DNA of 64,000 bases, from the NCBI GenBank assembly GCA_964016885.1, contig OZ024741.1, positions 234,794,001-234,858,000 on the forward strand, given 5' to 3'. The notes under the pieces were generated by a model. The model was not told the DNA's origin, made no database searches, and saw only the letters and a program-made list of their open reading frames with translations. Shown here piece after piece: positions 24,440-36,719 of this stretch. The position numbers were made by a program, and so were the translations under genes. How positions within the stretch are numbered: position 1 is the stretch's first letter; each line of letters opens with the position of its first letter. Origin of the DNA: Eledone cirrhosa. Taxonomy: Eukaryota.

Positions 24440-26443
24440 AGTCATATCAGTTTTAATACATTCCAATCTGCTTGCTTTGATTGGAAGAAAGCAGATTGGA
24501 ACTTGTACTGCACTGAGCTACAGCGCCCAAACTGGCATGATTTCTATAACTCTGGAGATGTGAACACTATACTCCAGAGCATCCTGGACTCAACATGGAT
24601 AGCATGTGCAGCATCAGTGCCATGTAAGCAGAAAAAAAACCACCCCAAAAGTACAATTTGGGAAACTTCAGCGGTCCAACTTGCCAGGAAAGAACGTTGG
24701 AATGCTGAACGGGAATATAAACTGCATAAATCAGATGTCAACAGAATAAAGCAGAATAAATCTTCCAACCATCTGAAGCAAGTGACAAAGAAGGCAGTGC
24801 TTGAATTTGGACAGTGCATAGCAACCAATCCTGACAGTAAGGTGTTCTGGAAATATGTTCATTCAAAGCAGAGACCTCACTCTCCAGTTGGTCCTCTTTG
24901 TAATCCCCACACAAACCAGATCACTGACAATCCCAAAGAATGCGCAGTACTCATTGCTGAGTGCTATGCAAGCATTTTTACTGTTGAAAACCAGAATGTA
25001 CCATCTCCACCATCTCTAACATCAAATTCCATAACAACTATGGAATTTACACCTGCAATGCTGCGACGTCACCTTAAGAATAAGCACAACTATGCTTCCT
25101 CTGGTCTTGATGGTGTTACATACCTGCTTCTCAAACGTGGCGGGTACTTCCTTTTGCACCAGCTTTCTTTCTTCTTTCAATACTGTCTCAATAATGGTGC
25201 TACTCCGGAGCAGTGGAAAACTGCCAGTGTCATTCCCCTGTTCAAAAAGGGCAACCGCACGTCACCTGTCAACTATCATCCAGTCAGTCTTACTAGCTGT
25301 ATTGCCAAACTGATAGAATCCTGTGTCAGAGAAACACTTTGGAACTTTTGGAGCTCTCACAGCCTCATCCGGCCCTCGCAATTTGGATTTATCCCTAACT
25401 CCAGCTGCTGTGATCAGCTTATCGAGTTCCTTGAAGACATTACCCGGATCACTGACAGCGGCTCATGAGTGGATGTTGTTTACCTTGACTTCGCTAAGGC
25501 CTTTAATTCTGTGCCACACAAAAAGCTTATGACGAAACTCTCTGCAATGGGTGTTGAGAATGATCTTTTTACTGGTTGAAATCCTTCATTCTCAGCTGAA
25601 AAGAGGTAGTCACGGTTCTAGGACAGCATTCTTCACCATATGAGATGTCATCTGGTGTACCACAGGGATCTGTTCTTGGTGCCCTTTTGTTTGTTGCATA
25701 CATTAATGACATAGATGCCAACTTAAAGAATGCTACAGTACTGAAATATGCAGATGACATCAAGCTGTACCTTGAAATCAAAAGGACAGATCCTGAAATC
25801 TATAACTCTTTCCTACAATCAGACCTGGACACAATGCAGCAATGGATCACAGACTGGCAACTGAAGCTGGCTGTGGACAAGTGTACCACCATGCATTTTG
25901 GGAGGAAAAATCCAGTGTCCACATACTCCCTCCACAACACTGATATCAAGAAGTCCTCTTGTGAACGTGATCTGGGCATTACTGTCAGCAGCGATTTGCA
26001 TTGGACAAAGCACATCACTAAAATTGTCAAGAAGGCCGAGGGTGTCTTGGCATCACTCAGCAAGACCTTTGTTAGCCACTCTCCAGCCATCTATTTAAAG
26101 CTGTAAACAGCTATGGTACGACCACACTTGGAATTTGCATCATCAGTCTCGAACCCCTATCTTGCTCAGAACATTGACCTCCTGGAAACTGTTCAGAGAT
26201 GTGCAACCAAGTGCATACCCTCCATCAGACACCTACTATACTCTGAACGCCTTGCTTCCCTGGGCTTGGATTCATTGAAGCTCCGATGTCCCCCTTCCAT
26301 ACACATGCACACATATGTATATCATGACTCATGCACTGTTCATTTTCGTGACGTCTGTGCATTACCCTATGTACTATACATACACTTTTGATGAGTTGTA
26401 GTGCACCTGAGCACTGTACACAATATTTTCATTATTATTATTA
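24440..26443 (+). mobile_element. CR1-clade LINE, 5'-truncated RT
   Basis: PLFKKG...NYHPVSLTS, QFGF, VVYLDFAKAF, SGVPQGSVLG, KYADDIKL, ERDLGI, VRPHLEFAS; (tta)n tail. A 3'-end fragment occurs in reverse at ~8501-8541. Confidence 0.92.
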
Positions 26444-27349
26444 CACTCTATTATCCAAAGTATCGAGTACTCTGGTGAATAATGGTCTTACTAGTTTAAA
26501 ACTGGTAAAATCCTGATCTATATCTAAATATATATATACATATAAAATGACAGGGTCTATATGTGTATGTATATGTTTATGTATATATGTGTATCTATCT
26601 GTCCATATGTTATAGTTTGCTATGTGTGAACTATGGTATTATTGTTATTGCTTATATATTTGCTTAGGTATTTTTATTAGTGGTATCATCATCACTGTTT
26701 AACATCCATTTTTCCATGTTGGCATGAGTTAGACAAGTTATCCTGTTGTGAGCCATGGCAGGTCAGGTGACCATGTTTTGCTCATACAGAACTGATTTTG
26801 TATATCTATGTATTTGCCTCTGTCTGTCTGCCTGACTACCTTTCTATCTCTTTCTGTTTCTCTCTCTTACTCTCCCTCTATATCTATTTACTCATCTATC
26901 TCTTATCTCTCTCTCTAACTATATATCTATCTATCCATCTATATATCTACCTGTTTATATCTCTATCTATCTGTCTATATATATTTATCTTTCATTGTCT
27001 CTCTACCCCTCTCTCTCTCTCTGTCTACCTTCCTATCTATCTATTCATATACCTACCCTCTTTCTCTCTCACATACACAACACACACAAACATGCACACG
27101 CATACACACATATGCAACACATACACAGACACGATACATATGCAACATATACACATACATAGCACATACTCATACACACACACAACACATTTACTTACAC
27201 ATATACAACACACACACTACACACAACATACACATACAATATCAAACAGAGAATGGTCCACCATGATTCATTTAACTTTAAACTAGAACAAGAAGACAAA
27301 TTTAATACAAAAATGTGAAAAAAATTTTGAAGAATAATTGCAGCAGAAT

Positions 27350-29755
27350 AAAAATGGTGGTGGAAGTAGTGGCAGTGTTGTTGTTGGTGGTAGTAGTGAC
27401 AGTGTTGGTGGTGGTGGTAGTAGTGACAGTGTTGGTGGTGGTGTTGTGTCTGATAGTGGTGGTGGTACTGTTGTGTGTTGTAGTGGTGGTAGTGATGGTG
27501 GTGGTAGTGGTGGTGGTGGTGGTGGTGGTAGTGGTGGTGGTGGTGATGATGGTGGTGGTAGTGGTGGTGGTGGTGGTGGTGGTGGTGATGGTGGTGGTGG
27601 TGGTGGTGGTGGTGGTAGTGGTGGTGGTGGTGATGATGGTGGTGGTAGTGGTGGTGGTGATGATGGTGGTGGTGGTGGTGGTGATGGTGGTGGTGGTGGT
27701 GGTGGTGGTGGTGGTGGTGGTGGTGGTGGTGGTGATGATGGTGGTGGTGGTAGTGGTGGTGGTGGTGGTGGTGGTGGTAGTGGTGGTGGTGGTAGTGGTG
27801 GTGGTAGTGGTGGTGGTGGTGGTGGTGGTGGTGGTGGTGGTGGTGGTGGTGGTGGTGGTGGTGGTGATGGTGGTGGTAGTGCTGTGTGTGATAGTGGTGG
27901 TGGTGGTAGGATTGTGTGTTGTAGTGGTAGTAGTGGTTGTGTGATGGTGGTGGTGGTGGTGGTGGTAGTGGTGGTGATGGTGGTGGTGATGATGGTGGTG
28001 GTGGTGGTGGTAGTGCTGTGTGTGATAGTGGTGGTGGTGGTAGGATTGTGTGTTGTAGTGGTAGTAGTGGTTGTGTGATGGTGGTGGTGGTGGTGGTAGT
28101 GGTGGTGATGGTGGTGGTGATGATGGTGGTGGTGGTGGTGGTAGTGCTGTGTGTGATAGTGGTGGTGGTGGTAGGATTGTGTGTTGTAGTGGTAGTAGTG
28201 GTTGTGTGATGGTGGTAGTGGTGGTGATGGTGCTGGTGGTGATGGTGGTGGTGGTGGTGGTGGTAGTGCTGTGTGTGATAGCGGTGGTGGTGGTAGGATT
28301 GTGTGTTGTAGTGGTAGTAGTGGTAGTGTGGTGTGTGATGTTGGTGGTGGTAGTGGTGGTAGTTGTGGTGTTCTTAGGGTGGTGGTAGTTGTGGTGTTGT
28401 TAGAGTGGTAATAGTGGTGGTGTTGTGTGATAGTAGTGGTAGTGCTGTGTGCGATAGTGGTGGTGGTGTGTGTGTGTGTGATAGTTGTAGTGGTGTTGTG
28501 TGTGGTGGTGGTTTGGTGGTGTTGTGTGTGGTAGTAGTGGTGGTGTTGTGTGTAGTAGTGGTTTTGGTGGTTTTGTGTGTGATCGTGGTGGTAGTTTTGG
28601 TGGTGTTGTGTATGGTAGTAGTGGTGGTGTTATGTGTGGTCGGGGTGGTGTTGTGTGTGTGTGTGATAGTGGTGCTGGTTTTGGTGGTGTTGTGTGAGAT
28701 AGTGGTAGTAGTGGTGGTGTTGTAGTGGTAGTGGTGGTGGTTGTGATTTTAGTGGTGTTAGTGTGATAGTAGTGGTGGTGTTGTGTGTGGTAGAAGTGGT
28801 GATGTGTATGGTAGTAGTGGTGATTGTGTGGTGGTGTTGGCATCATGGTTGACATTATTGATGGCAGAGTCTGTGATAAGGATTGTATGATGATAGTGGT
28901 TGCATGGTGGTGGTGGTGGTGGGGGGTTGTGTTGTGTTGTGTTGATTGTGTGGTGGGGGTGTTGATTGTATTTGATAGTGGTAGTGGCGGTGGTGGAAGT
29001 GGTGATTGTGTGGTGATGGTGGTAGTAGGTGGTTGTGTAGTGACGGTGGTAGTGGTAATTGTGTAGTGATGGTGGTAGTGGTAATTGTGTAGTGATGGTG
29101 GTAGTGGTAATTGTGTAGTGATGGTGGTAGTAGTAATTGTGTAGTGATGGTGGTAGTGATGATTTTGTGGTAGTGGTGGTAGTGGTGATGGCGTGGAGAA
29201 GGTGGAAGTAGTGGTGATTATGTTGTGATGGTGGTTGTAGTGGTAATTGTGTGTGATAGTGGTCATGGTGGTGATTATGTGGTGGTAGTGGGGATTGTGT
29301 GGTGGTAGTGGTGGTGGTGGTGATTGCGTGGTAGTGGTGGTAGTGGGGATTGTGTGGTGGTAGTGGTAGTGGAAGTGGTGATTTTGTGGTGGTGGTGGTA
29401 GTGGTGATTGTGTGGTGATGGTGGTGGTGGTGATTGTGTGGTAGTGGTGATTGTATGTTGGAGATTGTGTGGTGGTAGTGGTGATTGGTTGTGGTGATTG
29501 TGTGGTGGTGGTGATTGTGTGGTAGTGGTGGTGATTGTGTGGTGGTGTTGATTGTTTGGTGGTAGTGGTGATTGTGTGGTAGTGGTGATTGGCTGTGGTG
29601 GTGATTGTGTGGTGGTGGTGGTGATTGTGTGGTGGTGGTGGTGATTGTGTGGTGGTAGTGGTGATTGTGTGGTAGTGGTGGTGATTGTGTGGTAGTAGTG
29701 GTAGTGGTGATTGTGTGGTAATGGTGGTAGTGGTGATTGGCTGTGGTGGTGGTGT
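27350..29755. repeat. (GGT)n / (GGTAGT)n / GATTGTGT low-complexity tract
   Basis: About 2.4 kb of G/T-skewed simple repeat, with ~130-bp higher-order duplications at 27870-28330. Confidence 0.95.
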
Positions 29756-30649
29756 CATAATCGACATTGGTGTATTGGAGTAGAGATTGTGCAATGATAG
29801 TGGTTCTGGATGTGGTGTGATGCTAGTGGTTGTGTGACTGTATTGTTGTTCTTCATTGTGATTGTGATAGTGTTTTTTTTCTCTCTTTGCTGGTGGTTTT
29901 TCTGTTGATTGTGATGATGATGGTATGAGGACTGTTGCTTATTTATTTCATTGTACATGCTGTTGTTGTTAGTGTTGGTGGTGGTGGTGTAGATAATGAG
30001 GATGTTATTGTATGATGTACACACACACACACATATATCCCAGTCCACCCTGTAGGGCAGTCATACTGGTGTCACAAAAAAAAGCACCCTGTCCACCTTG
30101 TGAGATGATCATACTGGTGCCATGACAAAAATCACACAGCCCACTCTGTTAGGTGGTTGTACTAGTACTACGATAAAAAGCACTGTTCATCCTGTAAGGT
30201 GGTTGTACTAGTGTTACAACAAAAACCACCCAGTCTACCCTGTAAGGTGGTAGTGTTAGTGCCACAAAAAAAAAAAATCTCCCAGTGCACCCAGTAAGGT
30301 GGTTGGTGTTTGGAACGATAAACAACAGTAGAAGAGTTCAAAGCAGATCTAATGTGCAAGACATGGTCACTTGACCTGTCTAGCCTTATAATGTAACAGC
30401 CCGTCTAACCTACATATGTTATATATATTATCTCTCTCTTTATATAAATTATATACAAATTATCTCTCTCTCTATATATATATATTATTTAATATACATT
30501 TATTATCTCTCTCTCTTTATATATATCATGTATTATATATTATATATTATATATAAATATATTATATATATATCATGTATTATATATTATATATTATATA
30601 TAAATATATTATATATATATTATGTATTATTATATGTCTTAAAATGGTA

Positions 30650-31790
30650 CAGCCACTTCCTCTTCCTATCCTCGGGCCCTGTTCCCTGAATCTGACTCAA
30701 ACTCCCTATCTTCCTCCTTGTGATCTCATTGATGATTGTCTAGCTCTCTTTATACTTACACTTGTCCTTCACTCTCTCTACAGTCCTGATTTTCTCCATC
30801 AGCACCTCCTCTCTGGCCTCAGTGAAAGCGGCACAGAGTTCTTCCTTCCTCACTTCCAAATTCTTCTCTCTTCTGTAGGATCGGCATGTTCTCAGGTGTT
30901 CTCAGGTGTTCTCTGGCTGCACACACTTTTGGGTCTACAGAGTTTTCATCCCCCCTCTTTCCCTCTCTTCTCGGCACCAGGACCCCAATTGCTTCTGTCA
31001 CTGCAGTGGAGAAGTACCCGTGCCTCCTTGTCACACTCTCTTCAATCCTCTCATTCTCTCTCTCTTCCACCTCTCCACATAGAGCACTGAACCTGCTCCT
31101 CACCTCTACTGTCTACCTATCCTGTAACTCATCATCTTCCTTGAAAACTCCCCAGTCATAGATAGCTCTCTGGGGCTTAGCCTTACTCTTTCTTAAACTC
31201 ACCTGGACCTTACTCATAACAAGCCGGTGGTCACTGCCCAGTATGCTGAAATAACTGCAGGGTTCTGTGTTCAGAACACTATTCCGCTATTCCCTTCTCA
31301 CCAGAATGAAATCAATCTGGAACTTTGTCAGGTGGATATCAGAGATGTAGGTCTGCATCTTACCTGGATTCTTTCTAAACCTTAGATTGGTTGTCTTCAG
31401 ATACCAGCAGGCATCTTCACTGCTCTCCCTACTCAGCTGTGCATTGAAGTCACTCAAAACAAGCAGGATATTGTAAGCTTTTGCAGTGTTGACAGCTCTA
31501 CACACTTCCTCATGGAACTCCTCTGCATTCTTATTACTGTCCTCCTCAGTTGGACTATAGACTGATGGTCAGCCTTAAGAGCCAGGGAAGATTATGAATG
31601 TGGGCGGGAAGCCGCTAGAGTTGGTTGAGGACTTCTGTATCTGGGAGCAAAGATTAGGAACACAGAGGAGGATGTAGTGGAGAGGAAGAGCAAAGTTGGG
31701 CTATGTCACAGTTTGGGGTTGGTTTGGAAGTCGGATCTTCATAAAAACTTGAAGATCCACCTCTGTCGCTATAGTGGAGTCTGAGCTGCA
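30650..31790. mobile_element. Rearranged LINE remnant: AP endonuclease (minus) joined to an RT C-terminal fragment (plus)
   Basis: Minus strand: YSPTEE, LLVLSDFNAQL, QIDFILVRR, LGSDHRLV. Plus strand from ~31590: KPLELVEDF / YLGAKI. Confidence 0.7.
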
Positions 31791-32179
31791 TATAATATTT
31801 AGGAAAAAGTACATACTTTAAGGTGGAAAAGTTATCATCTTTCTAATGGTACCATTTCATAGCTCGTAAAACCGAAGCAAAAGTTGATCTAAGTAATTGA
31901 TTGTCGATTACCAGCTATTGATGTTGGTAAAGCTACAGAAGGCAGGGAATCGTCTTTGGATAAGTTCCAATAAAGTACAAAAATACCTTAATATCTGTTG
32001 GGTTCCAAGAAAACTAGTCAGAACTATAAACCACATGGTGTAAAGAACATTTTGACTGGTGACAGATATAAAGAGGACTGGATGTCATATCTGCTAGAAA
32101 TAGGTGCAAAGTACTAGTCACAGTATAAGCAGCTCAACAAATTAAGAATTTGGAACAGATAAGTGTTGTAATTGGGATG

Positions 32180-32650
32180 TGCTGGTGCCACAATGTAATA
32201 TACCCAGTACACACTATAAGATGGTAGTGCTAGTGTCACAATAAAATACTCCCATAACACCCTTTAAGATGGCAGTGCTAGTGCCACAATAAAATACACC
32301 CATTTCACCCTTTAAGAAGGCAGTGCTAGTGCCACAATAAAATACACCCATTACACCCTTTAAGATGGTAGTGCTGGTGCCATGATAAAACGCACCCAGT
32401 CTGTCTTGTATGGTGATAGTGATAATGCTGGTGCCACTATAAATTACACCCAGTAGACCCTGTAACGTGTTTGTGCTGATGCCATGATAAATATACCCAG
32501 TACTCTCTGTAAGGTGATAGTGTTGATACCACAATAAAATACATCCAGTTAGCCCTGTATGGCGGTAATGCTAGTGACACAATAAAATACGCCCAGTAGA
32601 ATCTGTAAGATGGTAATGCTGGTGCCACAATAAAATGTGCCCAGTATATA
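32180..32650 (+). repeat. ~42-bp degenerate tandem array (about 11 units) related to the SINE internal repeat
   Basis: Repeated gtgctggtgccacaataaaatacacccagt...taag. Confidence 0.85.
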
Positions 32651-33036
32651 ATTATTTCTACTTTAGGCACAAGGCCAGCAATTATCTCAGTGCATTACTG
32701 GTACTTTATTTTATCGACCTCGTAAGAGTGAAAGACAAAGTTAACCTCGGTGGGATTTGAACTCAGAATGGCAAGGGCAGTAACTATGCATCAAAGCATG
32801 GTCTCCGACCCTCTACCGATACTGCCAATCCACCGCCCAGTATATAATGTAAAGTGGGAAGGTCATCCAGCTGCAGAAAACCAAGCCCAAAATGGAACGT
32901 ATGGTGGATATCTATCTGGTCTAGAATTAGAATGTGAAAACCTGTCTAACCCATGCTAGCATGAAAAATAGTTGTTAAACGATAACAATGATGATGATAT
33001 GTCTTAAAAATTATAATTTTGTTAAGAATAACTCAT

Positions 33037-33229
33037 TTAACCCTTTAGCATTTACATTACTCTATATTTACTATTGTATTTTTGTGGTAAAGGCTTTATC
33101 TCACATAATATCAAATTTATTTTGAAAACAATACCTTAACATCAGCAAGAGTGTCCAGTTACAGCCAGTTTGAACAGGAAGAGTGAGAGAATTCTGGCCA
33201 GACACGGCTGGTTTAAATGCTAGTGTTAA
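33037..33229. mobile_element. piggyBac-type MITE
   Basis: TTAA-CCCTTTAGCATTTACATTACTC ... GTTTAAATGCTAGTG-TTAA. Confidence 0.75.
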
Positions 33230-33744
33230 GGCATTTAATGAAATTCTGCTGCTTTGTTGAATGCTTTGTTGAATCTCACTCAGTGTAGATATGAAGATGA
33301 TGATGAAGAGGAGGAGGGGGAGGAAGACATGAATTATTATGACACTCTAAAGATGCTTAACTCTTTTGATACCAAAACTTTTTCTTTTTCTTTTTCTTTT
33401 TCTTTTTCTTTTTCTTTTTCTTTTTCTTTTTCTTCTTTTTCTTCTTCTTCTTCTTCTTCTTCTTCTTCTCCTTCTCCTTCTCCTTCTTCTTGATCCCCAA
33501 GTGTGGCCAGCCAAGCTCATGGATATTATCTAGCCATCTTGCTCGGGGTTTACTCTTTGCTCTCCTGCTGGTTAGTTTTGTCCGTAAAACCCTGTTTCTA
33601 TGAAATAAAACTACCTCTCTTAAAGGGAGTTTTTATTTAAATTAAAATCTACCAACAAAATTTTATATAAGAACATTTATGTTACAGATACCATCTTCAT
33701 CATGAAAGAATAAATTTAGTATGCAATGTTTATTAATCACTCAA

Positions 33745-33773
33745 TCTTGTCTTTTTTCTCTTCCTTTTTACAG
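33745..33773 (+). promoter_or_regulatory. Probable 3' splice acceptor of the zinc-finger coding exon
   Basis: Polypyrimidine tract tcttgtcttttttctcttcctttttaCAG, followed by non-repetitive sequence up to the ATG at 34032. Confidence 0.65.
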
Positions 33774-34031
33774 ATCCTTCACCAGTGGTGCCGTCTGGCT
33801 GTGGTCAGTGATGACTTCATACCTGTCCAATGGCCTGACTTTCACTGTCTGCAAATTGACCAGAGAAATTAGTTGGTGCTATCATACATTGAAGGGAGAC
33901 ATACTAAAACAGCGGAAGTATCAAATGTATACATTTCATATATCACGGACAACAAAGAGCTGCGGCACATGTAATTGTGTATAGGTTCATCTTGGTCCTC
34001 TGTCAAGTCGTCAAACAGAGACGGTAAAAAA

Positions 34032-36719
34032 ATGTATCCCACGCAATTTGTATATACAGCTGGAAACCCTTACAACATCAACTCCCAGCCCTTCTATCAA
34101 GGTGACCTCTTGATTTCTCCCCCACCACACCCTCCCCCACCTTCTTCATCTGCTTCATCTCACCAGCTCCCTCCCAACACTTCTACATCGCCATCATCTG
34201 TAAAGACCCATGACTCACAATGTGAATCAAATGATGGCAGTAGCGAGAGAAAGCAGTTCAAATGTGAGGCCTGTAAGAAAAGCTTTGGTCAAAAGATGGA
34301 ACTGATGAACCATGAGTGTTCGGTGGGTAGTTCTGGTTTACTGTCACTACCCCTAACAGTTCCTGCAATCCCTCCCCCTCAGGCAATGCTCACCGTGCCA
34401 ATGGTGGGACAGCCAAACCTTCAAAGTGTCACCGACCCAGCTCTACAGAAATCTCTAGCCAAAGAGAAAACATTCTTTTGTTCATTTTGTAACAAAGCTT
34501 TCTCCCAGCAGATTTTTCTCCGTAACCATGAAAGAACACACACAGGAGTAAAACCTTTCACCTGTAACACATGTGGCAAGGCTTTCAGTCTACTGGTGAA
34601 CCTGAAAAGCCATCAGCGTGTGCATTCGGGTGAAAAACCATTTCACTGTGCCATTTGTTCAAAGTCATTCAGCCAACAAGGTAACCTAAAGATCCACCTT
34701 CGTACACATTCTGGAGAGAAACCGTATAAATGCGATAAATGTGAGAAATGTTTCAGTCAGAAGACCAATCTGGACAGTCACAAGAGGGTGCACACAGGAG
34801 ATTTGTTTACATGTCAAATCTGTTCTAAAGCTTTCACCCTTGAAATAAACCTTCATAACCACCAGAGGATCCACACTGGAGAGAGGCCATTCGTTTGTAC
34901 GTATTGCAACCGTCGCTTTTCTCAGCAGAGCGCTCTTCGTAATCATGAGCGTCTACACACTGGAGTGAAGCCATACCAATGTACATTCTGCTCAAAATCC
35001 TTCAGCCAACAGGGGACTCTTAAAGCTCACCTATGCTCACACACGGGTGAGAAACGCTTCCACTGCGACCTCTGTGACCGTTCCTTCTCTCAAAAGACAA
35101 ACCTCGACAGCCATAAACGCATTCACACCGGCGACCTCTTCAAATGTTCAACCTGTCCCAAAGCATTCACACTTGAGATCAACTTGCGCAACCATGAACG
35201 TGTGCACACAGGGGAGCGACCCTTTGCCTGCACATTTTGTAGCTCGAGATTTTCGCAACAAAGTGCACTAAACAACCACGAGCGGTTGCACACGGGTGTA
35301 AAGCCCTACCACTGCACTTACTGCTCCAAATCATTTAGTCAACAGGGAACATTAAAGGCCCACTTGTGTTCACATACTGGTGAAAAACGGTTCCACTGCG
35401 ATCAATGTGATCGAGCATTTTCTCAGAAAACCAACCTTGACAGTCATAAACGGATACACACAGGAGACCTGTTCAAGTGCTTAATTTGTGGAAAAGCCTT
35501 CACATTGGAAATAAATCTTCAGAACCACGAACGTATTCACACAGGAATCAAGCCTTACAAATGTACGTATTGCCCTAAAGCATTTTGTCAGCAAACCGAG
35601 CAAAAATCTCATATAAGGACTCACACTGGTGAGAAACCTTTCAAATGTAGTTACTGTCCAAAAGCATTCAGTCAACAAAGCAATCAGAAAATGCATGAAC
35701 GAATTCACACCGGGGAAAAACCATACAGCTGCGAACAGTGCTCAAAGACCTTTAGCCAGCGTGCAAACCTTGAAAATCACCGTCGCTTGCATTCAGGGGA
35801 CCTTTTTAAGTGTTCAATGTGTTCGAAGGCATTTACTCAGCTGGTTAACTTGCGGACTCACGAGCGTGTACACTCGGGTGAGAAGCCATATCGATGCAAC
35901 ACCTGCAATAAAATGTTCAGTCAGCTTAGTAACTTGCATGCGCACGAACGTGTTCACACTGGCATCAAGCCATTCACCTGTGACTTGTGTTCGAAATCCT
36001 TCGCACAACGGACCACGTTGATCAACCACAAGCGCTCGCATGCTGCTAAGGCACACAACGCAAGCCTCATGCTCGCAGGTAAGCAGTCTGCAGAGAGGGA
36101 CCCTATGTTGTTGCAGGACAATGGAAGCAGTGTGGCAGGTGGCAGCACCGGTGTGAAGACATCCCCGAGTGGAACCAGCAACCCGAGGGTTCCAACAGCA
36201 GCTGGCACAACAAACAACTCTTCAACAATTGGCGGCAACGTGAAGAGTGAGAGTTCGAGTTTGAAGTCAGCTACTGACTACACTCAGACCATGGCACACA
36301 ACCAGAACCAAAACAATCGGCAGTCGAATGCTCACATGACACAACATCAACAGCAGCAGCAACAGCAGCAGCAGCAGCAGCAACAACAACAGTCCAACAC
36401 ATCATTACTGATCCCTTCACCCACAGTCGGGGGTCGCTCAGGACAGCCTTTAATGCCTAGTTCATCTGCGCCATCTGTCTCGTCCTCAGCAGCCCCTCAC
36501 ACATCTTCCTCATGGATGACTTCAATGAATCTTCATGAGATGTCACAGCGTTGGGAAGGTAACTACCTCTGGCCCCGCGGCTTTTCTATGACCTCGATGC
36601 CCCCTACCACCTGGGCAAACATGCCCAGTGTTTTCCCATGCAGTAGGATTGAGTATCCACCTTCAAGAGGAACCGCCCCATCAAAGGGCCAGACCAGCCA
36701 TCCTAGTACATCAAAATGA
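34032..36719 (+). CDS. C2H2 zinc-finger transcription factor (19 tandem fingers plus one upstream C2HC finger; Pro/Ser-rich N-terminus; Q15 tract)
   Basis: Uninterrupted ORF; first in-frame ATG at 34032 (aaaATGt). Fingers at 34473-36041 with TGEKP-type linkers; polyQ at 36348-36392; stop TGA at 36717-36719. Confidence 0.95.
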   Translation: MYPTQFVYTAGNPYNINSQPFYQGDLLISPPPHPPPPSSSASSHQLPPNTSTSPSSVKTHDSQCESNDGSSERKQFKCEACKKSFGQKMELMNHECSVGSSGLLSLPLTVPAIPPPQAMLTVPMVGQPNLQSVTDPALQKSLAKEKTFFCSFCNKAFSQQIFLRNHERTHTGVKPFTCNTCGKAFSLLVNLKSHQRVHSGEKPFHCAICSKSFSQQGNLKIHLRTHSGEKPYKCDKCEKCFSQKTNLDSHKRVHTGDLFTCQICSKAFTLEINLHNHQRIHTGERPFVCTYCNRRFSQQSALRNHERLHTGVKPYQCTFCSKSFSQQGTLKAHLCSHTGEKRFHCDLCDRSFSQKTNLDSHKRIHTGDLFKCSTCPKAFTLEINLRNHERVHTGERPFACTFCSSRFSQQSALNNHERLHTGVKPYHCTYCSKSFSQQGTLKAHLCSHTGEKRFHCDQCDRAFSQKTNLDSHKRIHTGDLFKCLICGKAFTLEINLQNHERIHTGIKPYKCTYCPKAFCQQTEQKSHIRTHTGEKPFKCSYCPKAFSQQSNQKMHERIHTGEKPYSCEQCSKTFSQRANLENHRRLHSGDLFKCSMCSKAFTQLVNLRTHERVHSGEKPYRCNTCNKMFSQLSNLHAHERVHTGIKPFTCDLCSKSFAQRTTLINHKRSHAAKAHNASLMLAGKQSAERDPMLLQDNGSSVAGGSTGVKTSPSGTSNPRVPTAAGTTNNSSTIGGNVKSESSSLKSATDYTQTMAHNQNQNNRQSNAHMTQHQQQQQQQQQQQQQQQSNTSLLIPSPTVGGRSGQPLMPSSSAPSVSSSAAPHTSSSWMTSMNLHEMSQRWEGNYLWPRGFSMTSMPPTTWANMPSVFPCSRIEYPPSRGTAPSKGQTSHPSTSK

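Noticed and set aside
27315-29794. Poly-Val, poly-Gly and Thr/His/Pro-rich ORFs
   Set aside because: They arise from the (GGT)n simple repeat; no splice or domain evidence.
33975-34031. N-terminal extension of the zinc-finger ORF given in the track
   Set aside because: It starts at a non-ATG codon; the first in-frame ATG is at 34032.
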